This document shows positions 1-9,869 of a stretch of 64,000 bases of DNA, piece by piece; the stretch's first letter is position 1, and the number at the start of each line of letters is the position of its first letter. The notes below the pieces were generated by a model. The model had not been told where the DNA came from, searched no databases, and saw nothing but the letters and a program-made list of their open reading frames with translations. The DNA comes from an uncultured Desulfovibrionaceae bacterium. Its GTDB lineage: Bacteria; Desulfobacterota; Desulfovibrionia; Desulfovibrionales; Desulfovibrionaceae. The position numbers and the translations under genes were made by a program. The stretch covers positions 13,549-77,548 of the forward strand of contig CAYJFB010000003.1 in assembly GCA_964369685.1 (NCBI GenBank), given 5' to 3'.

Positions 1-429
1 GCCGTGTTTGTGGTTGCGGAGGGAGCGGGGCAACACCTTATGGCCGAATCGGGGCGTCATGATGCTTCGGGAAACATTGTCCTTGGTGATATTGCCGAAT
101 TTCTCCCCAAGCGTATTTCTGCCTACCTGAAAGAACAAAAGATGCCTTTTAGCTTAAAAGTGATTGATCCAAGCTATATCATTCGTTCGGTGCCTGCCAA
201 TGCAAACGACAGAGTGTATTGTGGTTTCTTGGGACAGCACGCGGTACATGCCGCTATGGCGGGGCGTACAAATATGGTTGTGGCGAAAATTATGGATCGT
301 TATGTCCATGTTCCCTTGGATCTGGTAACACGCCAACGCCGTAAAATGAGTATCCGCTCAGCACTGTGGCGTTCGGTACTTGAATCAACGGGACAAGGCT
401 GTATCAGCGGCATGCTCGCCGACGAGTAA
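1..429 (+). CDS. 6-phosphofructokinase family protein, C-terminal fragment (5-prime end lies outside the window)
   Basis: The open frame runs from base 1. The translation contains IDPSYIIRSVPANANDRVYCGFLGQHAVHAAMAGRT, which is typical of PfkA-family (ATP/PPi) phosphofructokinases. Confidence 0.85.
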   Translation, partial: AVFVVAEGAGQHLMAESGRHDASGNIVLGDIAEFLPKRISAYLKEQKMPFSLKVIDPSYIIRSVPANANDRVYCGFLGQHAVHAAMAGRTNMVVAKIMDRYVHVPLDLVTRQRRKMSIRSALWRSVLESTGQGCISGMLADE

Positions 430-438
430 TAAAAGACC

Positions 439-565
439 TTTTTTTTCTTTTTCTTTTTCTTTTTTTCTGGGAGAGCTAAGCCCCCCCAGACCCCCCTTGT
501 GCCGCGCTGCATGGGGAAAGCTTGTCATCGCTCTGCGCTGACGTCACTTTCCCCATGCAGCGCGG
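439..565 (+). repeat. Stop-codon-proximal composite repeat, copy A (T/C tract, imperfect G/C hairpin, CCCCCCTTGT box, 19-bp-arm hairpin with 26-nt loop)
   Basis: Hairpin 1 is CTGGGAGAGC-TAA-GCCCCCCCAG (467-489). ACCCCCCTTGT lies at 490-500. The arms 502-520 and 547-565 are perfectly complementary. The left part aligns with the copy at 24389-24518. Confidence 0.7.
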
Positions 566-632
566 TTCAAGGTTGTTCAGAGAGTCTTTGGATCCCAAAA
601 AGTAAATAAATAAAAGGAATATAGGGAATGTT

Positions 633-3600
633 ATGTTATCTGAGCCGCTTCTTCGTCGTTTGCCTGCTTCTGCAGGATCGGGAAAAACATTTAAGCTTGT
701 CTCGTTATTTCTACAGGCGTTGTCAGGATCAGAGCATGAACGCCGTGTCGGGTGTTTATTGGAGGGAGCTGCTGACAGCGCGAGTTATGCGTGGTCAGAA
801 ATTCTTGCTGTCACCTTCACAAACAGTGCTGCAATTGAAATGCGTGAGCGCATTCTTGAGCGTCTTAAACATTTGGCGTTGCAAGACGGCATGACCTTTG
901 ATTCTGAAGATGCACCGTTTACGGCGTCAGAAGCCGCTATTTGGCTTGAAATTCTGTTACAACGCAGTCATGTTTTGAATGTACGAACAATTGACAGTCT
1001 TGTTCAAGCTATTGTGCGTCTTTCTGCTTTGGATTTACACATTGTACCTGATTTTGAACCCGTCTTTGAGCTTTCTGAGGCGCTTGACCCGTTATTGGAC
1101 GTATTCTTTGAAGACGCACGAAAAACACTCGAAACACAAGAAACCAATGCCTATGAAACGTTTCTGCGTGAGGCCTGTTATCAAAACTTGTTACATTCGC
1201 ATGATTTTAAAGGCTTTTTGTCAAAAAATCATATTCGGAAACGTGTTATTGAATTAGTACCGTTATTTTTACAATCTGAAGGATTGTCATTGACAAACGC
1301 AGAAGCCCTTTCCGCCTACCGTGAAAAACGATATGCCGATGTACACAATGCTGCGACAGCGATGTTTAAAGCTTTGGAAAATATTGAAGAAGGCATCAAT
1401 AAAAATTTTTTAAATGCGTTAAATAAGTGTTTGAATTTGCGCCCGCCCAACGAACTGACTGCTTCTGCCATGCTCGCCAAAGCCGGTATTGAAGAATGCA
1501 TCACCAAAAAATCTAAGCACCTGGTTCATGATGAACATGAAAATGCTTACCAAAACCTTTGCGACGTCGTAAAACGTTTTCAAGAATGTTTTGTCTTGAT
1601 AAAAAATGGCTTACGTATGGCGCCGTATGCCGAGCTCGCCCGTCTTGTTGCCCTTGCTTTACCGGAAGTCTTAAAAACAGAAGGACGCATTCCGCAAATC
1701 CTCATGAATCGCTTGGCACAAGAAGCCCTACAGGGGCAATTTGGTTTGGCACAATTTTTTTGCCGTTTTGGCAATCCTCTGACTCACATTTTGATTGATG
1801 AATTTCAAGACACGAATAGAGAACAATGGACAATCTTACACGCCTTGAGCCTTGAAGCGTTGGCACATGGCGGCTCCCTCACATGGGTCGGTGACGTCAA
1901 ACAAGCCATTTACGGTTGGCGCGGCGGAGACGCAACACTTTTTGAACAAGTTGCTGAAGATCATGCTTTGTTACAACTGGCCAGCCGTAAGGATTTGCCT
2001 CCCCTACAAAACAATCGTCGCAGTGCGCGTGCCATTGTCGAATTCAATAACGCCGTATTCAGCCAATTGGGTAATATCAAAACAGCACACAATGTACTGA
2101 GTGTTTTATTGGGCAGTACAGCATCGCAAAGCGTGCTTGAAAAACACAGCCACATCTTGATGCAAAGTTTTGCCAATACCAAACAACAAGCGCTCCGTGA
2201 AGGCGGTTCGGTAACCCTTGATTACCTGGAAGCAAACACCGTGGAAGCATTGGACGAACAAGTTCATGAGTTGCTTGTTGCACGCGTGTCTGACATCCTT
2301 CAAGAACATTCGGCAGGTGATGTAGCCATTCTCGTACGTGATAACAAACACGCGGCTTTGGCGGCAGATTGGCTACTGCAAGCCGGATTTCCCGTGGTGA
2401 CCGAAAACAGTTTTCTTTTGGCACAGCATCCGCTGATTGTTCAACTGGTTGCCATGTTACAATTCCAGAATAATCCTCATGATGATCTGGCACTTTGGAC
2501 GATTTTTGGCGGAGGACGGCTTATCCCCGAATACTGGACTTTGCAACGAGTTCAATTAACCGATTGGTTGGCTGCACGCCAACTCACAAAAAATAAGAAT
2601 GAATCGCTGTATTGTATTATCCAAGAAGCGTTTCCCGATCTCTGGGAATGGTATTTTGCACCGTTTTATGCCGAATCAGGCTTGCTCACGCCTTACGACG
2701 CTACCCAAGAAATTCTGCAACACTTTGCCGTTTGGGAACGGTATCCCGAAGACGCGGTGTTTATTCGTCGTTTTTTGGAGGTGTTGTACCATGCGGAAAC
2801 AGAAGGTAAGCGCGATCTCACAAGCTTTTTAAACTTCTGGGAAAAAGAAGGACACAAAGAAAAAGCCCCCATGCCGTCAGGGTTAAACGCTATTCGTATT
2901 TTAACCGTTCATAAAGCAAAGGGATTACAATTCCCTGTTGTCGTGATGCCGTGGTGTGCGCCCAAAATAAAAGCGCGTGAAGAAGCGCAAGTCATCAACC
3001 TCGAGTCAGAAATACAACTTGTATCGCCTCCCTGCCCAGGAACCATAGAATATGCACATGTAAAAGCTGAAAATGTTCGTGAAGAATTGCATTTATTGTA
3101 TGTCGCTTGGACTCGTCCGGAAGAAGCATTGCATGTTTTCTTAACATCCACATCAAAAACACAAACCGGGACTGAAGCAATACGCGTATTGCTTGATAAT
3201 ATTGGTTCGGGCATTGCTTTTTTTGGAAATGAAGCGCATAAGAAACAGGTTCGGTTAAAAACTGAGTGGTCTGAAGTATCATCGTTACATTCTGAACGCG
3301 TGAATATTGCAGGCCAAAGTTTGCAACTGCAACAGTCGGAAATAGGCAATAAAGAGCCGTGGCGTCCTATGTATTGGTTGCCACAGTTAAAAATATTTCG
3401 TAATCCGCTGGGTGAATTGACAGAACGTTCGGCCTTGCGCGGCACGCTTGTCCATGCTTGCTTGGAAGCGCTGACGATTACAGGTCACCCTGAACACGAT
3501 GCGCGTCTTGCCGTGATACGGGGTTTGCAACACACACGCAGTGCCGATAAAGTCACTCCTTTTTTGCGCGCCTCTTTTGAAAACATGTTGGCGTGGTTTG

Positions 3601-3869
3601 CGGCTTTGCCTGAGGCAAAAAGGTGGCTACAAGAAGGATATCGTGAGCAAAATATGCTTGATGCACAAGGAACGCTGTATCGAGTTGATCTGCTGGTTAA
3701 TGAAAAAAACAGAATGCTTGTGCTCGATTATAAAACAGGGCAAAAGCGAAAAACGCATCAGCGCAGCCTACAAGGCTATATGAGCTTACTGTGCAATGTG
3801 CAAACACTGCCTGTTATCGGTGTATTAATTTACCTTGATTTGCAAGAAATTGAATGGGTAACATCGTAG
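633..3869 (+). CDS. UvrD/Rep-type helicase fused to a C-terminal PD-(D/E)XK nuclease (AddA/RecB-like)
   Basis: Walker A ASAGSGKT, ILIDEFQDTN, GDVKQAIYGWRGGD, VHKAKGLQFPVV and LLYVAWTRPEEAL are present. The C-terminal VDLLV...VLDYKTG matches the RecB-type nuclease motif. Confidence 0.85.
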   Translation: MLSEPLLRRLPASAGSGKTFKLVSLFLQALSGSEHERRVGCLLEGAADSASYAWSEILAVTFTNSAAIEMRERILERLKHLALQDGMTFDSEDAPFTASEAAIWLEILLQRSHVLNVRTIDSLVQAIVRLSALDLHIVPDFEPVFELSEALDPLLDVFFEDARKTLETQETNAYETFLREACYQNLLHSHDFKGFLSKNHIRKRVIELVPLFLQSEGLSLTNAEALSAYREKRYADVHNAATAMFKALENIEEGINKNFLNALNKCLNLRPPNELTASAMLAKAGIEECITKKSKHLVHDEHENAYQNLCDVVKRFQECFVLIKNGLRMAPYAELARLVALALPEVLKTEGRIPQILMNRLAQEALQGQFGLAQFFCRFGNPLTHILIDEFQDTNREQWTILHALSLEALAHGGSLTWVGDVKQAIYGWRGGDATLFEQVAEDHALLQLASRKDLPPLQNNRRSARAIVEFNNAVFSQLGNIKTAHNVLSVLLGSTASQSVLEKHSHILMQSFANTKQQALREGGSVTLDYLEANTVEALDEQVHELLVARVSDILQEHSAGDVAILVRDNKHAALAADWLLQAGFPVVTENSFLLAQHPLIVQLVAMLQFQNNPHDDLALWTIFGGGRLIPEYWTLQRVQLTDWLAARQLTKNKNESLYCIIQEAFPDLWEWYFAPFYAESGLLTPYDATQEILQHFAVWERYPEDAVFIRRFLEVLYHAETEGKRDLTSFLNFWEKEGHKEKAPMPSGLNAIRILTVHKAKGLQFPVVVMPWCAPKIKAREEAQVINLESEIQLVSPPCPGTIEYAHVKAENVREELHLLYVAWTRPEEALHVFLTSTSKTQTGTEAIRVLLDNIGSGIAFFGNEAHKKQVRLKTEWSEVSSLHSERVNIAGQSLQLQQSEIGNKEPWRPMYWLPQLKIFRNPLGELTERSALRGTLVHACLEALTITGHPEHDARLAVIRGLQHTRSADKVTPFLRASFENMLAWFAALPEAKRWLQEGYREQNMLDAQGTLYRVDLLVNEKNRMLVLDYKTGQKRKTHQRSLQGYMSLLCNVQTLPVIGVLIYLDLQEIEWVTS

Positions 3870-4079
3870 ATATGTTGCGTATGAAATGTGCATTTTGATT
3901 TGCTGTTGGGGGAAACGTTTCAAGAGCGGATGTAAAATGATGATGGAATAATGCGCAGGAGAAAGGATAGTCAGAGCAAGGCGATGGCGCGCGTTCTCCT
4001 GCGCATTACGATATCAGAAGCAATGATTTGTTTTGAACTCCTGAAGATTTTTGAAAAAAATGGTTTTAAGGAAAGTGCA

Positions 4080-5663
4080 ATGATACAACGTCTGTTTCAA
4101 AATAAAATGTGGATTGTCATCGCTTTGGGTATCGTTGTTTTATTTTTTGGCTGTGTGCGTTATGCAGAGCATTTGGCCGAGCAGGGTGTTCGTGAAATAA
4201 TTTTTGAAACAGCGCACCAACTGAACGGAACAGCAGAGCTTGGCGAGGTTCAGTGCAGTATTTTGTCACGCACGTTTTCATTAAAAAATTTACAATATCA
4301 TGCTGTAGAAGACACGGGGCCTGTTGATATTCGACTTGCTTTTCTCGAGTTGCAGGGCATTTCTCTGTCTTTGGTGTGGAATGTTTTTATGCAAAATATG
4401 TCTGCGTTGACAGGCATACAGGCTGTTGCTGACAACTTGACTCTGCATGAATTGGATTTTGTGACGGATATGAATTTACATGTCGGTCATCGTGTGATCA
4501 GCGATATTCAAATGGATATGGATCAATTGAGTGAAGCTTTGGAAGAATATTTGCTTCAAAAGGATCCGACAGTATCCTTGGAAAGCCTTGTGATCAGAAG
4601 TGTGATGTATGCAGAAAGTGAAGCGTCACAGATTCGGATTCATTATGAAGAAATACCACACATTGAAACCATCGCCACTGTCTCGCGTATTTATGAAAAG
4701 GGGTTTAACGGCGGCAGCTTTGAACGTTTGAGTGTGGAAGGTTTTGCTGCACAAATGCAGGTTCCCAAAAGACCGCAAATGCAAATGTTGATTGAACAGG
4801 CTGTGTTTGATGAACTCACACTTTCGTCAGATGTCTTTGAAGCTTTAAAGATGGCAGGTCGTGAACCTGAAGCGCATGCAGAATATCTTTCTCAGATTTT
4901 TTTGTCAGAAAAGCCTTTTTTAAAGAATATATCTTTAGAAAAAATTACGCTTCAACAAGAAGAACATGGAATAAAAATCGATGGTTTTTCTTTTGAAAAT
5001 ACCGCCACCAATCCTTTTTCCGGACACGTGACACTCACAGGTGCGCACATTCCGGTCAGTACTTTATCTCAGATCGGATATTTGGCATTGATCGGTTATG
5101 ACGTGTTGCAGGTTGATGTGGATGCAGAGGTTTTTGTGCCGCATGGTTCGCTTGCCGGTGAGCAAAGCCGGCTGGGATATACGCTTGATATTACGGATAT
5201 GGGTACATTTTCATTGAATATGGCGGGCTATTTTTCAAACTTGTTCTCTGCGTCCATGACTGATCGTGAATCGGATTTGTTGTCTTCTTTGACAGTCAGT
5301 TATATAGAGCGGGGTTTACTTGGACATGGCGCACGCTTTGCTTCAGCCCTGTTGGGGATGGATGCCAAAAACATGGCTGACTTTACGGTCTCTTTTGTAC
5401 AGGATCTCATTGCTTCCGCAGAACCGATGCCAAGCAACACAGGAGAACAGACACCGGCTATAAGCGAAGAGCAAATGTCGCAAACAGCAGAACTGTTTAC
5501 ACAACTCAAGACGTTTATTGAATATCCGGGTACCCTAACTTTGGATTATACTCCGTTGACACCTGTGCCGTTTGAAAGTTTAGAGCATCTTAACTTGAAT
5601 AGTCCCGAACTGAAACTGACAGTAACCAAAGGTGCCAAAAGTCTTGAAGCACTCATACAGTGA
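4080..5663 (+). CDS. Hypothetical membrane-anchored protein (single N-terminal TM or lipoprotein-like signal)
   Basis: A long ORF. The ATG at 4080 is preceded by AAGGAAAG. The N-terminus is MIQRLFQNKMWIVIALGIVVLFFGC. I recognise no family motif. Confidence 0.6.
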   Translation: MIQRLFQNKMWIVIALGIVVLFFGCVRYAEHLAEQGVREIIFETAHQLNGTAELGEVQCSILSRTFSLKNLQYHAVEDTGPVDIRLAFLELQGISLSLVWNVFMQNMSALTGIQAVADNLTLHELDFVTDMNLHVGHRVISDIQMDMDQLSEALEEYLLQKDPTVSLESLVIRSVMYAESEASQIRIHYEEIPHIETIATVSRIYEKGFNGGSFERLSVEGFAAQMQVPKRPQMQMLIEQAVFDELTLSSDVFEALKMAGREPEAHAEYLSQIFLSEKPFLKNISLEKITLQQEEHGIKIDGFSFENTATNPFSGHVTLTGAHIPVSTLSQIGYLALIGYDVLQVDVDAEVFVPHGSLAGEQSRLGYTLDITDMGTFSLNMAGYFSNLFSASMTDRESDLLSSLTVSYIERGLLGHGARFASALLGMDAKNMADFTVSFVQDLIASAEPMPSNTGEQTPAISEEQMSQTAELFTQLKTFIEYPGTLTLDYTPLTPVPFESLEHLNLNSPELKLTVTKGAKSLEALIQ

Positions 5664-5939
5664 ACAACTGTTGTCTGTATATCGTTGGGTTGTTGAGATA
5701 CCGATGTTTTCATGTGTTGCAGAGAAGGTCTGTATTGGTGTTTTTGCCTCATTGTATAGAAGAGTAACTTTTTGATAAAATGAGAAACATGGTTGTTTCA
5801 GTTTTTTAATGGAGTTATTTGTTTTGCAATGAGAGATATATAATTATGAATTCAATCTTTTGAGAAAATAGTGTATTGATTGTAAGAATAGTTTTATATT
5901 TGTGTTATATACATCATAAAGCTTGTTGGTGGTTTTAAC

Positions 5940-8120
5940 GTGAAGCGCATATCTGTACAAAAAATATTTGAATACACGCTGTTGCCATATGTTACTCATT
6001 TAACAAATAATCCTTCACTCATTGCGATTCGTTCGGCACTGATTGTTACGTTACCGTTTATGTTGTTGGGCTCTTTGGCGGAATTGTATGTTTCTTTTCC
6101 TTTAGCCGCTTACAGACAGAGTATGCTCAATCTTTTTGGCGGTGAATGGCAATATTACGGTCATTTTTTACGAGACGCGTCTTTTATGATTTTGGCGCCT
6201 GTGATGGCTTTTTCTGTGGGCTATCAGTTGGCTGTGCAACATAACAAAAAGTATATACGGGCGTTTGTCAGTCCATTGATCTCGGCATTGCAAGCGTTTG
6301 CTGCGTATTTTTGTACAATCCCTTCTTTTGATGGCATGATTGAAAGTCAATGGCTGGGGGTTGCGGGGCTTTTTGTGGCTATTGTTGTCGGCATGGTATC
6401 CACAAAATTGTTTTTGTTTCTTTTTTCTTTCAAGAGATTGCGTTTACATTTACTTGGTGACACTGCCGATATTGCCATTCCACAAAATTTTAATCATCTG
6501 TTGCCTGCTGTTTTGACGATATTTATCATTATCGGTGCGCACACCTTGCTGGTAGCGACTTTCGAAAAGACACTACATGAATTGGTGAGTCTTGTGGTAC
6601 GCAGTCCGTTCACCATTCAAGATGCGGGTTTGGAGCAAGGGATTATTTATACGACGATATTGCAAGCCTTATGGTTTGTGGGCATACACGGTGCCAATAT
6701 GCTTGCCTCGGTAACAGCGGACTTTTATGTTTCAACGACCTATGCAAATGAAACCGCTGCCGCCTTGGGGTATCCATTGCCGTATATTGTGACAGACACG
6801 TTTATGAAAGCCTTTGTGTCTTTGGGTGGTGCGGGGGCTTGTCTGGCTTTAATCGGTGCAATTCTCCTTTACAGTAAGGCTTCGGGCACACGTAAGGTGG
6901 CTTGGTTTTCGCTTTTGCCTTGTCTTTTTAATATCAATGAAATTTTACTTTTTGGGTTACCGATTGTTCTTAATCCTTTATTAATCATTCCGTTTTTGTT
7001 GACGCCCGTTGTTCTTCTTGTCTTTAGTTATTTTGTGACGTTGGTTGGTTTTGTTCCGGCAACGAGTGTAGAAGTCGACTGGACAACGCCTATTTTTTTC
7101 AGCGGCTATCTGTCAACGGGATCATGGGCGGGGGTTTTACTGCAAGTTTTGAATCTTGGGCTTGGGATTTTGCTTTATACACCGTTTGTATTTTTGTCAA
7201 ATTATGTAAGCAATAAGCAAGTTTATCAGGCTTTTCAACAGTTAATGACCCGCGCTTGTACGACAACAGATTTTGCGCAACGGTGTACTGATTACAATGA
7301 TGAAGCGGGGACGTTGGCGCGTTGTTTGGTTGCCGATCTTGAGCACGCTTTGGATGAAAATGATGAGTTATTTTTAATGTTCCAGCCACAGATAGCTGCG
7401 GCATCGGGTCAGGTTGTGAGTGTTGAAGCGTTGGTTCGCTGGCAACATCCGGCATATGGTTTGATTCCTGCACCGATTATTATTGCTGTTGCGGAGGCTT
7501 CGGAGTTGATTAAGCCTCTTGGCCTTTGGGTTTTTGAAGAAGCCTGTGTGACGCATAAATCATGGTTGGAATGTGGTCTGGAGCACTTAAAAATGGGCAT
7601 CAATGTTTCTACAAAACAATTGGAACCGCGTTTAGCCTATGCGTTTACCAATATTGCTCAAAAACATGGCCTTGCACCCGCACAACTCGTTGTTGAGGTG
7701 ACTGAATCCGGCGTTATTGACGGTGAAAAAAAAGAAAGTCAAGTGCTTGCAAAGATTTATGATGCCGGTTTTGCGGTAGCCATAGATGATTTTGGTATGG
7801 GACATACGTCACTCAATTACTTAAAAGAGTTTCCGATTTCTTGTATTAAAATTGATGGTTCTCTCAGTAAAGAAGTGCTGACAAACCCGATTTGTGCCGA
7901 TATAGTGGCGTCCATCACGAATCTTTGTCAGGCACGCAATATGACAAATATCGTTGAATTTGTTGAGAATCGTGCTCAGGCACAGGCATTGTGTGATTTG
8001 GGCTGTGAGGTTATGCAGGGATATTTATACAGCAAACCCCTTTTGGCTGATGAATGTTTAACGTATATTTTACGCACCAATAAAGGTGTTGGTCTTGATG
8101 CTTTGTCATCTGCAACATGA
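5940..8120 (+). CDS. PTS EIIC-like (lactose/cellobiose-type) membrane domain fused to a C-terminal EAL c-di-GMP phosphodiesterase domain
   Basis: The N-terminal ~430 aa are polytopic, with LPFMLLGS and WFVGIHGANM (EIIC-like). The C-terminus carries EALVRW, INVS, EVTES, DDFGMGHTSLNYL, KIDGS and QGYLYSKP. The start codon is GTG. Confidence 0.8.
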   Translation: MKRISVQKIFEYTLLPYVTHLTNNPSLIAIRSALIVTLPFMLLGSLAELYVSFPLAAYRQSMLNLFGGEWQYYGHFLRDASFMILAPVMAFSVGYQLAVQHNKKYIRAFVSPLISALQAFAAYFCTIPSFDGMIESQWLGVAGLFVAIVVGMVSTKLFLFLFSFKRLRLHLLGDTADIAIPQNFNHLLPAVLTIFIIIGAHTLLVATFEKTLHELVSLVVRSPFTIQDAGLEQGIIYTTILQALWFVGIHGANMLASVTADFYVSTTYANETAAALGYPLPYIVTDTFMKAFVSLGGAGACLALIGAILLYSKASGTRKVAWFSLLPCLFNINEILLFGLPIVLNPLLIIPFLLTPVVLLVFSYFVTLVGFVPATSVEVDWTTPIFFSGYLSTGSWAGVLLQVLNLGLGILLYTPFVFLSNYVSNKQVYQAFQQLMTRACTTTDFAQRCTDYNDEAGTLARCLVADLEHALDENDELFLMFQPQIAAASGQVVSVEALVRWQHPAYGLIPAPIIIAVAEASELIKPLGLWVFEEACVTHKSWLECGLEHLKMGINVSTKQLEPRLAYAFTNIAQKHGLAPAQLVVEVTESGVIDGEKKESQVLAKIYDAGFAVAIDDFGMGHTSLNYLKEFPISCIKIDGSLSKEVLTNPICADIVASITNLCQARNMTNIVEFVENRAQAQALCDLGCEVMQGYLYSKPLLADECLTYILRTNKGVGLDALSSAT

Positions 8121-8151
8121 TCTTTTATTTTCCCCCGGTGGAGGCACGTTT

Positions 8152-9141
8152 ATGAAAAAATTGATTAATAGCGTTGAATCCGTTGAACAAGACATGATTG
8201 ATGGTTTGGTAAAGGCGTATCCTCATCATTTGCGTAAACTTGAGGGGAGTACGATTGTGCTGCGTTCTGTACCGAAGCAGGGCAAAGTGGCGTTGATCAG
8301 TGGTGGAGGCAGTGGTCATGAGCCTGCTCACGGCGGTTATGTGGGTGAGGGGATGTTGGACTGTGCTGTTGCCGGAGCTGTTTTTACTTCACCGACGCCT
8401 GATCAGATTTACACAGGGCTAAAGGCTATTGCCAATGAGCAAGGTGTGTTGATGATTGTCAAGAATTATTCCGGCGACATCATGAACTTTGAGATGGCTG
8501 CCGAGATGGCCGCTGATGAAGGCTTAGCGGTAGAGTCTGTGGTTGTGAATGATGATGTGGCGGTGAAAGACAGCGTATATACAACCGGTCGTCGTGGTGT
8601 TGCAGGCACGGTGTTTGTGCATAAAATAGCGGGTGCGAAGGCCGAAGCTGGTGCCTCTCTGAGTGAAGTGAAGGCTGTGGCACAAAAAGTGATTGACAAT
8701 ACGCGGACAATGGGGATGGCGTTGACAGCGTGTACGGTTCCCGCAGCGGGTAAACCAGGTTTTGAACTTGCCGAAAATGAAATGGAGATCGGCATTGGTA
8801 TTCACGGCGAACCGGGAACACATCGCGAAACACTGCTCGCTGCAGACGCCATTGTAAAACTGTTGCTTGATAAAATTTTGTCTGATCTTGAATATCAAAA
8901 GCGTGAGGTGGCACTGATGATCAACAGTGCCGGCGGCACACCGCCAATGGAACTGTTTATTATCAATAAAAATGTTCACGAAGTTCTTGAATCTCGGGGG
9001 ATAAAAATTTATAAAACATATGTGGGCAATTATATGACATCGATTGAAATGGCCGGTTTTTCCATTACATTATTACGGTTGGATGATGAATTAAAGCATT
9101 TGCTTGATGCACATGCAAACACTCCGGCTTTTCTTGCTTAA
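8152..9141 (+). CDS. dhaK: Dihydroxyacetone kinase, DhaK subunit
   Basis: MKKLINSVESVEQDMIDGL..., GGGSGHEPAH and IVKNYSGD are present. The ATG at 8152 follows GGTGGAGG. The longer ORF-track start overlaps the upstream gene. Confidence 0.93.
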   Translation: MKKLINSVESVEQDMIDGLVKAYPHHLRKLEGSTIVLRSVPKQGKVALISGGGSGHEPAHGGYVGEGMLDCAVAGAVFTSPTPDQIYTGLKAIANEQGVLMIVKNYSGDIMNFEMAAEMAADEGLAVESVVVNDDVAVKDSVYTTGRRGVAGTVFVHKIAGAKAEAGASLSEVKAVAQKVIDNTRTMGMALTACTVPAAGKPGFELAENEMEIGIGIHGEPGTHRETLLAADAIVKLLLDKILSDLEYQKREVALMINSAGGTPPMELFIINKNVHEVLESRGIKIYKTYVGNYMTSIEMAGFSITLLRLDDELKHLLDAHANTPAFLA

Positions 9142-9237
9142 CAATATTGTTTGTATATTGGATTGAAACCTTTTTGAGCTTCAATTTGGCAATATATTTT
9201 TTCATGACTGCGTCACTTTGAAGTGGAGAAATACACT

Positions 9238-9861
9238 ATGTCCGGTAACACAAAACTTTTGCAGCTTATAGAAACGGCAACCGCAGTCATCATCCGTGAG
9301 AAAGAGTTGTTGACAGTTCTTGATCAAGCTATCGGCGACGGGGATCACGGCATCAATATGGCTCGCGGTTGTAAAGAGGTTGCGGTCTTGCTGCCTGATC
9401 TTGGTGAGCAAGACATACATACTATCTTAAAGACTGTTGGTATGAAGCTTGTCAGTACGGTTGGTGGGGCATCCGGGCCTTTATACGGTACGGCATTGAT
9501 GAAAGCGGGTGCGGTTGCGGCAGATACAGATATTCTTGACGGTGAACAGCTTGTTGCGATGTTTCAGGCGGCGATCGAAGGTGTGCAGATGCGTGGCAAG
9601 GCTACAGCCGGTGAAAAGACCATGCTTGACGCTTTGATTCCGGCTTATGAAGCTTTTAAAGCAGAATATGCTATTTCCGGTGATGTGTCTCTTTGTTTGA
9701 AGCGATCTGTGGAAGCCGCTGAAAACGGTGTAGAATATACGAAAACAATTATAGCTACAAAAGGTCGTGCAAGCTATTTGGGTGAACGGAGTCTTGGGCA
9801 CCAAGATCCCGGAGCCACATCGGTTTTATTGATTTTGCGTGCAATAGACAGTGCGTTATAG
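9238..9861 (+). CDS. dhaL: Dihydroxyacetone kinase, DhaL (ADP-binding) subunit
   Basis: LDQAIGDGDHGINMARG and GGASGPLYG are present. The ATG at 9238 follows GGAGA. Confidence 0.92.
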   Translation: MSGNTKLLQLIETATAVIIREKELLTVLDQAIGDGDHGINMARGCKEVAVLLPDLGEQDIHTILKTVGMKLVSTVGGASGPLYGTALMKAGAVAADTDILDGEQLVAMFQAAIEGVQMRGKATAGEKTMLDALIPAYEAFKAEYAISGDVSLCLKRSVEAAENGVEYTKTIIATKGRASYLGERSLGHQDPGATSVLLILRAIDSAL

Positions 9862-9869
9862 GAGTTTAA

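Noticed and set aside
439-470. The long T/C tracts (also at 57300-57420 and 61205-61350) as CRISPR-like arrays or microsatellites.
   Set aside because: They have no regular repeat-spacer periodicity. They are irregular polypyrimidine runs in intergenic or promoter regions.
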